Assembly: GCA_030248215.1 (NCBI GenBank) | Contig: JASANG010002537.1 | Location: forward strand, 310,001-374,000 | DNA length: 64,000 nt | Direction: 5' to 3' | Origin: Enoplolaimus lenunculus | Lineage: Eukaryota | In this document: positions 12,010 through 24,745 of the stretch, piece after piece | Position numbering within the stretch: the first letter of the stretch is position 1 | Layout of the letters: each line of letters opens with the position of its first letter | The notes under the pieces: generated by a model | Told to the model about the DNA's origin: nothing | Seen by the model: only the letters and a program-made list of their open reading frames with translations | Databases searched by the model: none | Position numbers and translations under genes: made by a program

Positions 12010-12654
12010 ATTCTGTTATGCTTTGATGTCGGCTGATGTTATATATTCGTACTGGCTAAGATATTAACGATCTGAAATGAAATTTTTGATAAAGTTAGGT
12101 TTTGTAAGCAGTGTTCAACCGGAGACGAAAAAACTGAACCGGGAACGAAAGGACTGCCGATTTTTCCGGAGTCCGAACAGGAGGTGAAACAAATTTAGGT
12201 AACGAAAATAAATGTTAAATTTGCTAATTTTATCTATAATCTGCAAAGATTTGTCACAATAAATTGTTTTTGTTGTTTTTTATTTGAGAAATCTTTTGTA
12301 TATTAAAACTTTAAAAGTAGCCTCGAAGTTACAAGAAACTTATTGAAGGGCACCAATTTCACTGAACTGTGTAAGATCCGAGGACAATAAGATTTACCGG
12401 AACCAGGTAGTTTGAACTTTGCGTTTTCTTTTTTCTTCGGCGAACATTTGACATCAAAAAATTGTGTAAACAAACAACATAAAATACCGCAATTTAATTA
12501 TGCTAGCAATTCCCGTTCAGCAACTGTCGTTTATTTTGAATCCATAAAATCCACATTCAACTCATTGATCACGCAAACAATGGTGGGCCGATCAGAATAA
12601 ATAGATACGCTGTACCAGTGTTGTATGCTGACTTTCAACCTATCAAAGTTTTTA

Positions 12655-12828
12655 GCCAATGTAAAAAAACAGGGCCGTAACAGTAGTAAGAGCATATTCC
12701 TAAACCTAAGCGTACGCAAAAGCCTATACCTGAGCCTAAGCCTAAACCAACAATTAGTCTAAAGCTTAATCTTCCTCTATTGCAGTCCTGCTCAAAAACG
12801 GTCCGCCCCCCAAATCTTTACATGGGCC
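12655..12828 (+). mobile_element. MITE with internal degenerate telomeric (GCCTAA)n (family D)
   Basis: Ends GCCAATGTA / TACATGGGCC; core CAGGGCCGTAACAGTAGTAAGAGCATATTCCTAAACCTAAG...GCCTAAGCCTAAACC. Further partial copies at about 10230-10370, 17580-17703, 26355-26498, 62820-62880 and 63710-63820. Confidence 0.8.
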
Positions 12829-15800
12829 AAGTTGTCAAAAGGATCGAGTCGGGCATAAACTTTAGTCTAAAAGTTCATGTGTTTCTGCAGTAAAAAATAT
12901 ATGGCAATCTTTAATTCATCTGAATATTTTTCTACGAACAATACATGAAAAACTGTCTAAAGTATATTTAAATCACCGCAAGGGTTTGTTCATTTGTCCG
13001 TTAAAAAGATACTGTGTGCAATTGACCGTAATAAATCAAGAACAGGGACAGTCACAACAACCCGAAAAAGCTTACAAATTGAGGAAGAACCTCGATTGAT
13101 TAGTGGCCGCTAAAATTTAAAGTTGACCCCCAAGATTTAAATGTTGCGAAAATTGTTCGGTTTGTCGCTCGATTTAAATGTAGATTTAATTGGCGTCCTG
13201 CAATTATCATTTGGAAAATTCTCACACTTGTAAAGTCGTCCCTGATCAAGACTGTAGCAAGGGGACGTAAAGGTTGCCTGCCTTTTACGCATTGGTGCCA
13301 GTCCATTAAGCTTTTTTAACGAATAAATGCGTTTAATCAGGAGGGTTCAAACCGTAAAGAGTCTGGGGGAAGCAAGCAAGTACAAAACGCAGACACACAT
13401 TTAAGCCCAAAAAAGAACACAAAAATTTTACTGGATTTTCGATAAAACAAGGTTTGCGGCATTTCGGTTATTGCCCCATCCGGCGTGTGCACAAAATGGT
13501 GGATTTTGAAATTTTTCCCCATATTGGAGCTTCTAATGACCTCAACTGGTCATTTCTCGCCAAAATTTGAAATTTTTAAAGATTTGACTTTTAAGGACCC
13601 AAGGTCACCCTTGTATCCCATGGAATTTTGTCAAGAAATGAGGTAAATTATATACACCATTGAACGCAGCTTACGAAGTTAAGTGGAATGGTGTTAAAAT
13701 TTTATAACTCAACGAGTTATAGGCAAATAACTCATTTGATCCGCTGGAAACGGTTTGGGATAGCGCCAAATCAGTTATTTGAGCATAGCTACCCAATCGT
13801 CTATTGCAGAAAATTAAACACCATTCGACTCAACTTTGCAAGCGGTGTCGAATGGTAATACAATTTGTTTCACTTTCTGATTTAGAAAAAAGTTTTTGGG
13901 TCCCAAGGGAGGGCCTGGGACACTTATACCCGAATTTGCCAAAAATTAAATTTAGGCGTGGAATGATCACACGAGGTTGTAGGTGGCTGTGCCACACTCA
14001 AATATATTTCAATCTAAAAACTAAAACAAATCTAAAACCAAACCTAAATCCACACCTTAAGGGAGTCCCCGGCTCCGCCTAGTCTCTCTTAGAACTTAAG
14101 TTAGGCTTAGGCGTTGTTAAACGGCGTAGGAATTTATAAATCTGTAAATGGCGGCTGCGTCCGCAAGATATCAGTACTCAGGGCCCTGCGTGGCCACTTA
14201 ATATTATTTTCGTTGGCATGGTGCGCCAAATGTCATAGTTAGGGGTCTGGGGGGTTTATATTGTTGTTGCTGTTGTTACATTATTGTAACGATGGATTCA
14301 GGTGTCCCTAAGGTGTCTAAGACTCCCGGGACACCCAAAAGTATGCAAGTTAACAAAACACGGGGGCTGGGGTAGCCAGCCTCCAAATTCATTATGGTTT
14401 TGACACATTACGGAATGCGGCGTTATATTTTTGGTGCGATTTGCCTGATTTAGTGCGGAGGTTTACAGTGTTATTTGAATTTAGTTAGTTTGCATACGGT
14501 TATCGGGAGACTTGGACTTAGGATTTAATTGGATAAATAGAGCCACGGTAGCTCCAAATGTGAGCACGGTGAAACCGGCGTAAACAGGGATTCATTCGGT
14601 AGAAGCGCATAGCGCGTAGCCTTCGGGCAGTACCAGGGGAACTCGGGGATTACTTGGGGAATGTGTTAACGGGGTTCTGGGGATTTTATTTGGAGTTTAC
14701 TTGGGATAGTCGATTCTAGCGGGGCTAGTCTCGGCTGGAGAACTTGGGATTTACTTGGGGATTTTACGGTTATTTGGGGATTTACGGAGAACTTGGGTTG
14801 TCACGTTACGTTTGCATTTGTTTGTACAGTGTGAGCTAGTGACTTAGTGGAACAACAGGGTTAAGGATTATCGTACTTGACGTGCGGAAAGCACCTAACA
14901 AAGGAACTTTCGGCACCTTCGGAGAATATAAGGTCGGCAGCATAAGCATTTTTACTCGTTTACTTGTTTACTCGGTATTTGTGCTTTACGGAATATAGCT
15001 TTAATACGGTGTTGGGGGAATAAAAGAGAAAACGACTGCATTTATTAAATCAGAGCGATATAAGCGTCATTGGAATATGGACCGGAACGCGGAGTTGGTG
15101 GTTTCAACCCTTAGCCGAAATCACGAACTATTCACAGAGGTCATGAATAGCTCAAATTTGCAAAAGATTTGCAAAATCAAACCATTTTGGCCAAATACCG
15201 GATGTGGGATCACTGAAAACACTAAAGGTTTAACCATCAGCTTCTCAAGATTAAGCTGTCTACCTAACCGGAAACATTACGTCCTAAAATTCAACCGTAG
15301 CTAAAGAAACCACATGACACAATGTAAAAAATATTGGTAAACCCTAAAAACCAAAGCGAGGACTTACAGATAGATTCCCTTATACTGAAAATGTGTCCGT
15401 ATTCTGGAGGAGTGCCAGGATCTGACTCAGTTTCCCTAAAAAATATTGGACAATTTTGACATTTTTGACCCATATTAAAATAGTTTCAACCTCGCTCGTA
15501 AAGTCATCTTAAATCCTTGTTGTACTCCCTGTGAACATTTTTTGCACCCCTGTAGCACGTTGACCTGGGTACGGGCTTGACTGAACAAGCCCATTTTCGC
15601 TATTAGTGCAATATAGCGATCATAACCAGTAAATGCTAGACTTTGACATTTTGTACGGAAATTAATTGATTATTAAAACTATAAATAAGCAAAAGCATGC
15701 GTGCGAACGAAGGATATTCTAAAAAAATTCTCATCTTAAAAAACTGGCATCTATACCGGTTTTTCCCAGCGTGTAATATCCGAATGCACGGTAAAATATA

Positions 15801-16560
15801 AAAAAGAATAGGCGTGTCATTGTGGGCTTTAACTTGCCTAAAACGTACAAAGAAAGCTTAAAAAGGCAACCTTTTACTGGCAATAAAATACGTTTTAACC
15901 AGTAGATTTTGCGTTGGTGTAAAATTATTTTTGTAAACCTAAACCGCTTACTGTTACGGGTTTAGAATTATGGACCGGAAACGTATTTATAGCCATGAGC
16001 AGGAGACACACATTTACTGAATACATGGGTGTATACAATTAGAGGATCCAAGGGTTTTATATCCCTGCCCAAAATTTCTAGACGGACATTGAAACACTTT
16101 TAAAGCTTTAATACGGTTTATCCTGCTGGATTCTAGGGATTAAAAAAGTTTATTTTAAACTGAGGTTATTCCGCCCCAAAGTCAAACCTGGCTACAACGC
16201 TGCTAAACAATATATACGAAAAGTTACAATAAAAGCTATTATTATTCGCCTTTGCTAGAGAGGAAGAAAACCTGCTCGGCAATCCACTGTACCAGAAACT
16301 AAAAGTTTGGCTACGAAATCGCTGTCGTCTTCCAGTTCACCACACCACATTCAATTTGTTTTCGCTCATAAAATATTGACATATGTAATCGCCGCTCTGG
16401 TTGAAATGCGAAGTTCGAACGCTCGCGAAAACATGGTTCGCCCTCAAAGTAAACAGTACGTCCTTTGTCTCATTGGCAAGAGCATGTAACTGCGTTTCAT
16501 CTTTGCAATACGGAATCTACCCAACACGCGTTCAAGCGTATCCAGCCAGCGCACTTTACT

Positions 16561-16901
16561 ACTCTCTAAAAACTTAAGCTTAAATTATAGCTTAACTAAA
16601 CTTGAATATCAGTTTAAAACTTAAATGGCTGGACGTACTAACTAAACTAGAATTTTAAGTTTTACTTAAACTAACGTATTTTTAAGTTTAACACGAGATT
16701 AAGTAAACTTATTTCTAGCTTAAGTAACAAGTGCAGCCGTGTATCTAACAGTTCATTAAGTTTAGCTTAAATTGAAAATAAGTATAATTTTAAATGAGTT
16801 TAAGCGCAAACCTACCAGTTAGTTTAGTTAATCTGGAAAGTTAGTTTAATACTGGTGGATTAGCTTAAGCTTAATCAAGTTAGTTTAAGCATTTAGAGAA
16901 T
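16561..16901 (+). mobile_element. AT-rich MITE (family B), near full length
   Basis: TIRs ACTCTCTAAA / TTTAGAGAAT; homologous to 6031-6225 and, in reverse, to about 27333-27610. Confidence 0.75.
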
Positions 16902-18809
16902 AGGGGCGCTAAATATTTTTAGGACCGGCAAACAAACGTTTTCGATGACTTACAAGTGAAAACTTTTTTGGGGGAGCCAAAATTATTTCGGGGGGTTGAC
17001 CCCCTGGCCCTTCTAGCTACGAGCCCGCGCGCGTTGCATTTTCTTGATACCGCAAACCATCTACTGTGATTCGCAGCTCCAAAAGATTTGCAATTTCGTA
17101 TGCTTGTTTTCAGGCAAATTGCTATAACTAGCCTACTCTTGTTATAAGTCAAATTCGAACTTCATATTGGCAACTGACTTAGAGTTAAAAAGTCAAACAT
17201 TTTAAAAACTGCTGAGTTCCCGTTTGTGTATTTGTCTCGCTGCAAAATTAGAACTAAAGCCTCTAAATTTGTACTTTCTGTCAGCATTAACTTAACTACC
17301 AGACAAAACCTCTGACATAAGTCAAATTTGGACTTGAGTCAACATGAGACGAAAGACATGATATGCTACAAATGTATATAGCTTGTTGTTCACTTGGACC
17401 AAAAAACTCAATATCGTTTGGAGCGTTCAAATCATTCAATAATAAAGCAAAAAAGTATTGGTATAAAGACGTTCAAATTTGCAAAATACAAAATGCTGGC
17501 ACCGCTAAGGTAGTACCTAACCGTGCTAATGTAACTAAATGCGTCCTAGTCCATAACTTTCAAACGGCAATAAACTAAGTGCAAGCTTTAGACTAATTTT
17601 TTTGCCTAGACTTAGGCTTTGGGCTTAGGTATAAGCTCATTGTTACGTTTAGGCTTACGAATATGCTTATACTACTGTTACTACTCTGTTCTATATATTG
17701 GCCGGCATCGTTAATGCTTAAAAAGCACTAGAATTAATATTGCGAATACCATAAAAAGTACTAAATTGCAAAGTGCACGGTCGAAACACTACAAGTCATT
17801 TTAAAAAACAACTTTGAAGGCTTTTTTGCAAATTCAAATTGATTTATGAACGTATTTTCTGGAAAAATGGTACAAAAACATGGGAAACTGCGTATACATT
17901 GTCGTATTTTTTGGCGAAAATTGACAATGACAGTTTGTTGAGAGTAAGAAATGTTGATTTTCATTAGCATTGTTTCCTGAAATGCTATAATGTACGAAAT
18001 CACACGCATTTGAAATATGCTTGTAACAATTAGTAAAAAATATTTAATTATTAAAAATATAACTTTAAAGGTGATAAATGTTTACAAAGACTTTATATCT
18101 CAGTTTAAAATTGTATAGATATATCTGTAAAACACTTTACTTCGGAGCGCTAAGAACACACCATACTGAAAGGCGTACGATTCGAGCCGGAGTTGGTTAT
18201 TAACCCCTATCAAAACATCACCCGTACACACCCAGGAACAAAATGTATAGGCAACATTGGTGAGAGATTAGAACATAAACTTGTATCAAAGCAAAGATTT
18301 CAGCCTAAGCTTGGCGCTAGAGACTGAGTAATCCGAACACCAGAGGCCTATAATTCTGCTCGATTATATATTATATATATATTTTTATATATAAACATTG
18401 ATGACGAGGTGAAACTGCTCATAAAAACCCGACTGAAAGACGGACATATACTACTCAGACTGTGGAAAATTACCCTTTTTCTCAAGCTACTACTCTAAAT
18501 GTCGATTATTTTGAACGCAAAAAAATTCGTGTTGGCTGGTTTAATGCAAATTTTAAACGAAACTACCAGATTGAGTTTTTTAAATTCCGGAAGTGAAAAG
18601 ATATCGGACGCTTTTTACCATGAATATATTCAAATACGTGTCGGCTTTAAAACTTAGATTTTAAATTATTCAAACTAGTAATTAAACGATGCACGTCAGT
18701 TTCACTTCATAAAAATTGTCTATGCGAATGGTTGATGTTTCCGTTTTTTTTACAACGTCGAAATTTAAAACGTTTTTGCGATTCTCAGATGTAAGTTTCG
18801 TTCCTGTTA

Positions 18810-19206
18810 CTGTAGTGACCCGAATAAGACGGGGGCTGATATTTATTTGCCTTCTCTAGAGGGTATCCACTGGTATTTATTTTTTAACCGCACTCCGCCA
18901 TACTTCGTTACTGATGTACTCATTATTGCAACGATTCGTTGAACTAAACGTTTATTTGTCTTGTATCAAAAGCTTTAGGAATGTACTTTCATGCTTAAGT
19001 ATGCCTTAAAGTTTCGAACTCAACTATTTGGTCCTGGAGTTATTTATCCACTATTATGAGAGAAAATTGGCATTTATTGACTCTAATTAGGGTTTAGCAA
19101 CTCTATCCGCATACGGGCTCTTATTAGGGATACGGACTTCTATCGATTGGGACTCAAAATGGGGACCGCTCCTTAATTACCCCCTCTAATATTCGGGTCA
19201 CTACAG
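18810..19206 (+). mobile_element. TA-target (Tc1/mariner-type) MITE (family A)
   Basis: TA-CTGTAGTGACCCGAATA ... TATTCGGGTCACTACAG-TA; four near-full copies in the window. Confidence 0.9.
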
Positions 19207-20167
19207 TAAGTTAACATAAAAAATTATGTATATAATTAATTTTAAGTGAATTTTTCAGTATATACCAGAGGTCCCACCCCGTTGCGTTTTCTGACAAATT
19301 TTTTGTAGCCGCTCCATGTCGCCCAGTGTGGCCCCACGAAAAAACTTCGCTCCACCAGCTCCACGAAAATAGTAGATATATTTCAATATTTTATGCAATT
19401 ATAAGTTTTAGAGACATTTACATAATCAGTACAGTTTAAAATGAAATTTTGCAAACGGCGGGCCAGAAACTTTGGTGAACGATAAAAAAATTTCAAATAT
19501 TTAGTTTTGTCTAAAAACAGATTTTTCAGCTTACTTTTGAGCTAAAGTTTTCAATATCGAAATAAAGTTACCTTGCGATTTTTGTACCATTCGCCTTGTA
19601 TAGGCGGGTAATTCCGCGCCGCTCCATTGAGCTCCACGGAGCCCAGCCCACGGTCAACTTCCATCTCTGTTATATACTATACCTCAAGCGGAGTTGGCAC
19701 ACACATGTGATTAACAAGTGTTGCCACTATAACAGCAATACTGTACGTAAAGCTGTTTTGTTAGTTTTAAGCTTTAGCCACGATCGAGGTACGGGTTTAA
19801 TCTTAGGTTTATCGATTACTGGTTAGTGAATTGTAGATTTAGTCGTTTTTGGCATTTGCAATATACCTTCGCCAACAATGGCCTTATGTCCCTTATTTGC
19901 AAAAATAATAAGAATCTCAGACGTCATGTATTGTTGTTTTTTCATGAAACCAAGATTGTATAAACAAATGATGAATGAACTAAATTACTATCATAAAGAA
20001 CTAGCGAATTAGGACACTGATAATATATGGTGACCTGCGTCGAGTTTGTAGACACTCCAACTTTTTAGACGGATTCTATGCTTCAGAAGACGTTCGCATA
20101 TATAGGCATGTTTTCACTATTTGGCAAAAAATGTTAACGTTTTAGATGCACAGGTTTTACACACATC

Positions 20168-20390
20168 GGCCAATGCATGTAACAGGGCCGTTACAGTGAC
20201 ATAAACATGTTACTAATCCTAACTCTAAGCCAGGCGTATTAAGCCTAAGCCTAAGTGTCAGCGCAAGAATGAGCTTATACCAGAGCTTAACCACAAGTCT
20301 TGTCTCAGTAAGCAAAAAACAATCTAAAGCTGAAGGTTACTTAATTCCAGTCCCGCAGAACCACGGTCGGTCCTTTATTTTTACAGGGGC
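20168..20390 (+). mobile_element. Family D telomere-repeat MITE
   Basis: GGCCAATG...CAGGGCCGTTACAGT...AAGCCTAAGCCTAAG...TTTACAGGGGC. Confidence 0.75.
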
Positions 20391-21251
20391 ACAAAAATCT
20401 TTAGATCTGAGCCATTTTAACATCAAATGTGTTTCGGCTTCATTGCGATTCGACAAAAGTTTAAAATGATACTTTACCGCGTTTTCAACGTTAACACAAA
20501 ACCAATGATTTATTCACAATTGAAATATTTTCATTTGATGTTATAAAGCACATCCTTTTAAGAACGAATAAGCGTCACAGAGAATTCTATAATTCGATGT
20601 TTTTGGTACAAAATTATTATTTTCGTCGTGTTATCCAATCATAACTCAGCTTCAAACCGTACGTTTTCCAAATCTAAGAAATTCATTCGCTCGTTTGGCA
20701 GGACCAGCTGAAATATATTATGAATACTGTTGGTTACGACGCAAAGTTTGCAACACCAAAACTTTAACACCTTTTACAATGAATAGTGTGTACTTTTAGT
20801 TATGTTTCTTGTCCTATGGACCAGATTATTCTTGGGATTAAGCGGCACATTTAAAAACTTAGATCAGAGAGGCGTTGGGCTTTCGGGGATCCCTGGCAAA
20901 ACGAACCAGACATGGTACTTCAAAAAAACTTTGCGCCTTTAATCCAGGTTAACGCGCTATTTACGTTTATTTGCCTTCTGGCTCGTTTACGTCTCGGATA
21001 CCCTGGTCGTGGCACTGCATCACTGACCTGCGTCAAAAAATTTATTTTTAGTGAAGGCTTTGAAATAATAAGCGTTTCGTAGCGACGGTTTACTTGGGTA
21101 GTTTAATAAGGTATATAGTAGTAATAATATTTCTCAGAAAATTGAAAATTTACGTGAATGGCAAAATTTGTTTCAGTCAGTTTCTAGAGCAACCCGTATT
21201 GAACACTAAGTTCTACAATGTCAAGTTACAAGCTAAGTCATTTCTGTCTGC

Positions 21252-21466
21252 GGGCCCGTGTAAAGATCAAGGTGGACTGGTTTTCCGCAAGACTACAATC
21301 GTGTAAGCTTTTAAGCTTCAGACTATTTTTTGTTGCTTAGGCTAAGGCTTGGGCTGAAGCGTAAGCTTTGAAATAACGGATTCTTTCCCTTAGGCTTAGC
21401 CGTCGGCTTAGGCTCAGGCTTAGGAGTACATCTACTACTGTTAAGGACCTATTCTGTACATTGGCC
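21252..21466 (-). mobile_element. Family D telomere-repeat MITE, reverse
   Basis: GGGCCCGTGTAAAGATC...TTAGGCT variants...TACATTGGCC. Confidence 0.78.
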
Positions 21467-22189
21467 CTGACAGGATACGTATTATATTAACAAAATCTGA
21501 GTTTAAACAAACTAAACACGATATGATGATAGGGACCCAGCATCATGCAGTAGCGCAACAAACAAATAAAGCATTGCGTATAAAAATGCAATTTGCAGAG
21601 ATTAGTCGTTTCAAAATTTAGTTCTAGTCAATTTTTGCATTTGTTAATAATGGACCTCAGGTCAGTTACATACATCAACGAACGCGAAATTAGATTTTTT
21701 GACCATTTAACTTTAAGTCAACAATTTTTAAAACTTTTTTTGTTAATTTTGGTACGGAGTAAAAAGTCGAAACAATATAATTCATTCGTGGAACTTCGCA
21801 CAGCTCGCGTTAACCCATAATTCAACTGATGTTATGATCATTTCCGCGATATAACTGATTCAATCATTTGTTTACGTATGGTTATTTGAAAAGCAGTAGA
21901 ATTTGAAATTAATTTCTATTGGAAAATCGTTATACAAATGCACACTTTTTGCCAAAAGTTTCAAACTTTTATACAAATTCAATAAGTATATACTGCATTT
22001 CAGCAAAGCCGTGTATCACACGAAGCCAAGCCTTTGCGTTATACAGTTGTGCAAACGCTAATGAAAAATCTGGGGTTACTTGCAGTTAAAGCAACGATGG
22101 ATCAAAAAATCATGCTTAAATTCAATATTTAAAAAGCTTAAAGGATTGAGCATTGTCAAGTCTTGCAACGCACCAAAATGCAATTTAAT

Positions 22190-22924
22190 TTAACGGCCAA
22201 ACCGGATAAACTCGTTGTTGCGCTTTGATAGCGGCCAATTTGGTAAATCATAATATACCATCATCCATAAATCAGACGGTGCTAAATTTTTTACTCGTTT
22301 CAATATTCTGAATTTGCTATTTAGGAAATTCAGTGAAAACAAATCCGTTATAAAATATTGTTCAAATTGTTCAGATTGAAAATAAATACTGCTACCGATT
22401 GATATATTAAGGTTTGGCTTAACGCCAAAAGCTGTAATATCACCTTGAGAATTTTTGTGGCAGAAAATGGTTAAAACTGCCCGTTGTTTGCGATATCTAC
22501 AGACGGGTATTTCTTCATTAATCGCAACACAATCGTCAAAACTTACATCATTTTATGCTATAACAACGCGCTTAAAATTAAAATAATTGTAAGAGATATG
22601 TACTCTTGTAACTGACTATCAGAGCAGCGATAAATTCGAAATCAAATTTAACCTTAAACTCTTACAATAGTCTCCATCCAACGGCTGTGACGCAGCTAAA
22701 TTTCGACACCACGATTGAAGTTCCAGTGCTGCGTTGGGTTGAAACGCAAGTTGACACAACGAATGAGTCAATTCATAAGTGTACCAGCGATCTGCCGCAT
22801 CAGCTGGTATAGTTTTCAAATCGTTGACTACAGATAAAGGCATTCCGCTTGCGGTCCACGACGCAAGTCCCAAAACCAACACCAACTTTGACACGTTTAT
22901 GCTGTAAGTTTGTTGTGCGACCAT
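22190..22924 (-). CDS. flp-8: FMRFamide-like peptide precursor, flp-8/AF1-like, single NNEFIRFamide (about 116 aa, 2 coding exons)
   Basis: Exon 1, 22924-22666, has a signal peptide, a Cys pair and donor T|GTAAGA. Exon 2, 22281-22190, follows a TTTAG acceptor in matching phase and reads SPSDLWMMVYYDLPNWPLS-KR-NNEFIRF-G-R-stop. FLP-8/AF1 is KNEFIRFamide. Orthology and the exact exon-2 acceptor are inferred. Confidence 0.8.
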
Positions 22925-23123
22925 TTTTTTAGCCTTTCAACTATTTATAGCGTAGAATATTAAAATTTTTTTAACCTGATATTTAAAAAAAGTTGTAAGA
23001 AGCAAAAAGAGCACAAATATTAAACTCGCAAGAATAGAGCGATACACTAAACGCAATTTTAACACTAAATAAATCTGAATACTAAATTTTGGTTTTGTTT
23101 CCTAACGGGGTGGCTTGACCAAT

Positions 23124-23295
23124 GGACGCGTAGTCAAGGGGGGCATCGTGGGAGGCTCAGTCCGTTGTAGAGAAATTTCACCCCCCCCCTCCAAACATAT
23201 TTTCAACATTGCTTGTATTAAGTCAACGAAAACCTTTGTATACCGCTCCTGAAAAATTGTAGCCCCCTTAGCGAAGTGAGCTGGCTACTGGCCTG
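23124..23295 (+). mobile_element. hAT-like MITE (family C)
   Basis: Homologous to 4925-5102; ends GAGCTGGCTACTGGCCTG. Confidence 0.7.
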
Positions 23296-23695
23296 ATGGT
23301 TAGCATCGGCCCTTTCTTAGATTAAATGACGAAAACCTTATTGAAGCGAATACTTTTACTCGGTTAAAATAGCGTCGTTGAAAACGATTTTTGCAATCAG
23401 CAAAAACCCGCTAAAACCGCATTGCTATAGTAGCAATGTAAGGTTTAGCGAACACTATTTGATGAAATGTTTCAACTTTAAATTGCCAAAATTTCTCAAA
23501 TAAAGCTGCTTAATACAACACTTTACATATGTATAGTTGAAATCTGAAAATCCGAAATCATTTTATAGTTCCACAATTTTACCTCACATCCGGTTCCTGT
23601 TTCAATTTTGGTAAAATGTCTGGATTCATGTTTTCACTTCCAAGTGCATCCTAGTAGTAGTACAACTCAAGTGTTCAGTTTATTATGAAAGTTTC

Positions 23696-23862
23696 GGCCA
23701 ATGTAAAGATCATGGGAATAGAGTAAACTTATTAAACTTTAGACTATTTTTACTTCAGCCTATGCATAAGCTCATTCTTACGCTTATGCTCAGGCTTAGG
23801 TTTAACTTTAGGTTTAGGAATGTTCTCATGCTACAGGTCCTCCCCTGTTCTATACATTGACC
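23696..23862 (-). mobile_element. Family D telomere-repeat MITE, reverse
   Basis: GGCCAATGTAAAGATC...CAGGCTTAGGTTTAACTTTAGGTTTAGG...TATACATTGACC. Confidence 0.72.
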
Positions 23863-24290
23863 AAAGTTTGTAACGCTGAAAACATCGCTGAAGCTGCTGG
23901 CACTTATAAGGTCATGGTGCGTTGGCTAATTGGAAATTAGAAAGGTTCACGGTGGGTCATGATGCGTCAAAGTTTTGACCCAGGTTCATCTGATCCATTC
24001 ACTTTATAAATGCAATTCAACGCAATAGACCACTACGTTAAAATTGAGTTAACAAAGAAACCTTGCATGCTTCAGTTAATTGCTGACAACTTAACCGGTG
24101 AACGAATATATATTATGAAAATACAACGGATGAGCCCGATAGCCTATTCGCGGCTTTTTATACTTCCTGATGCTTGCCTGTGTTTTAATGCTTCAACTGG
24201 ATGATTTAGTTTCCCTAATCAGCTAAAGCACATTTTAAATGTTAAACTTGGGTAATATGGGTTATGAATATCCATGCGTCATATATCATA

Positions 24291-24745
24291 CTGTAGCGAC
24301 CCGAATAAGAGGGAGGTAAAAAGAGGGAAGTAATAAGAGGTGGGTCCCCGTTTTGGGTCCCAATCAATAGGAGTCCGTATCACTAATAACAGTACGTAAG
24401 CGGTTAGAGTCCCTAAACCCTAATTAGAGTCCATAAATATCAATTATCTCTAACTGTAGTACATAAATGACCCCAGGACCAAAAAAGCTGAATTCGAAAC
24501 TTTAAAGTGTACCTACGTTCTGAAAGTACCTTCCTAAGTACAACATTGCATTATCGCTCAAGCTTTTGATACAATACAAATAAACATTCATTTCAACGGA
24601 TAGTTGCAATACCGAATATATATTAGTAACAAAGGACGGCCGCCGGTGGATTAAAAATAAATAACAATCCGTAACCCAATAACAGGGAGTGCCCTCTGAA
24701 AATGCCAAATAACGATCAGTCCCCCTTTTATTCGGGTCTCTACAG
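24291..24745 (-). mobile_element. TA-target MITE (family A), reverse
   Basis: TA-CTGTAGCGACCCGAATAA ... TTATTCGGGTCTCTACAG-TA; the interior is the reverse complement of 18810-19206. Confidence 0.9.

Noticed and set aside
22444..22570. Possible extra FLP exons (22570-22547 and 22496-22444)
   Set aside because: Both introduce stops when joined in the phase set by exon 1.
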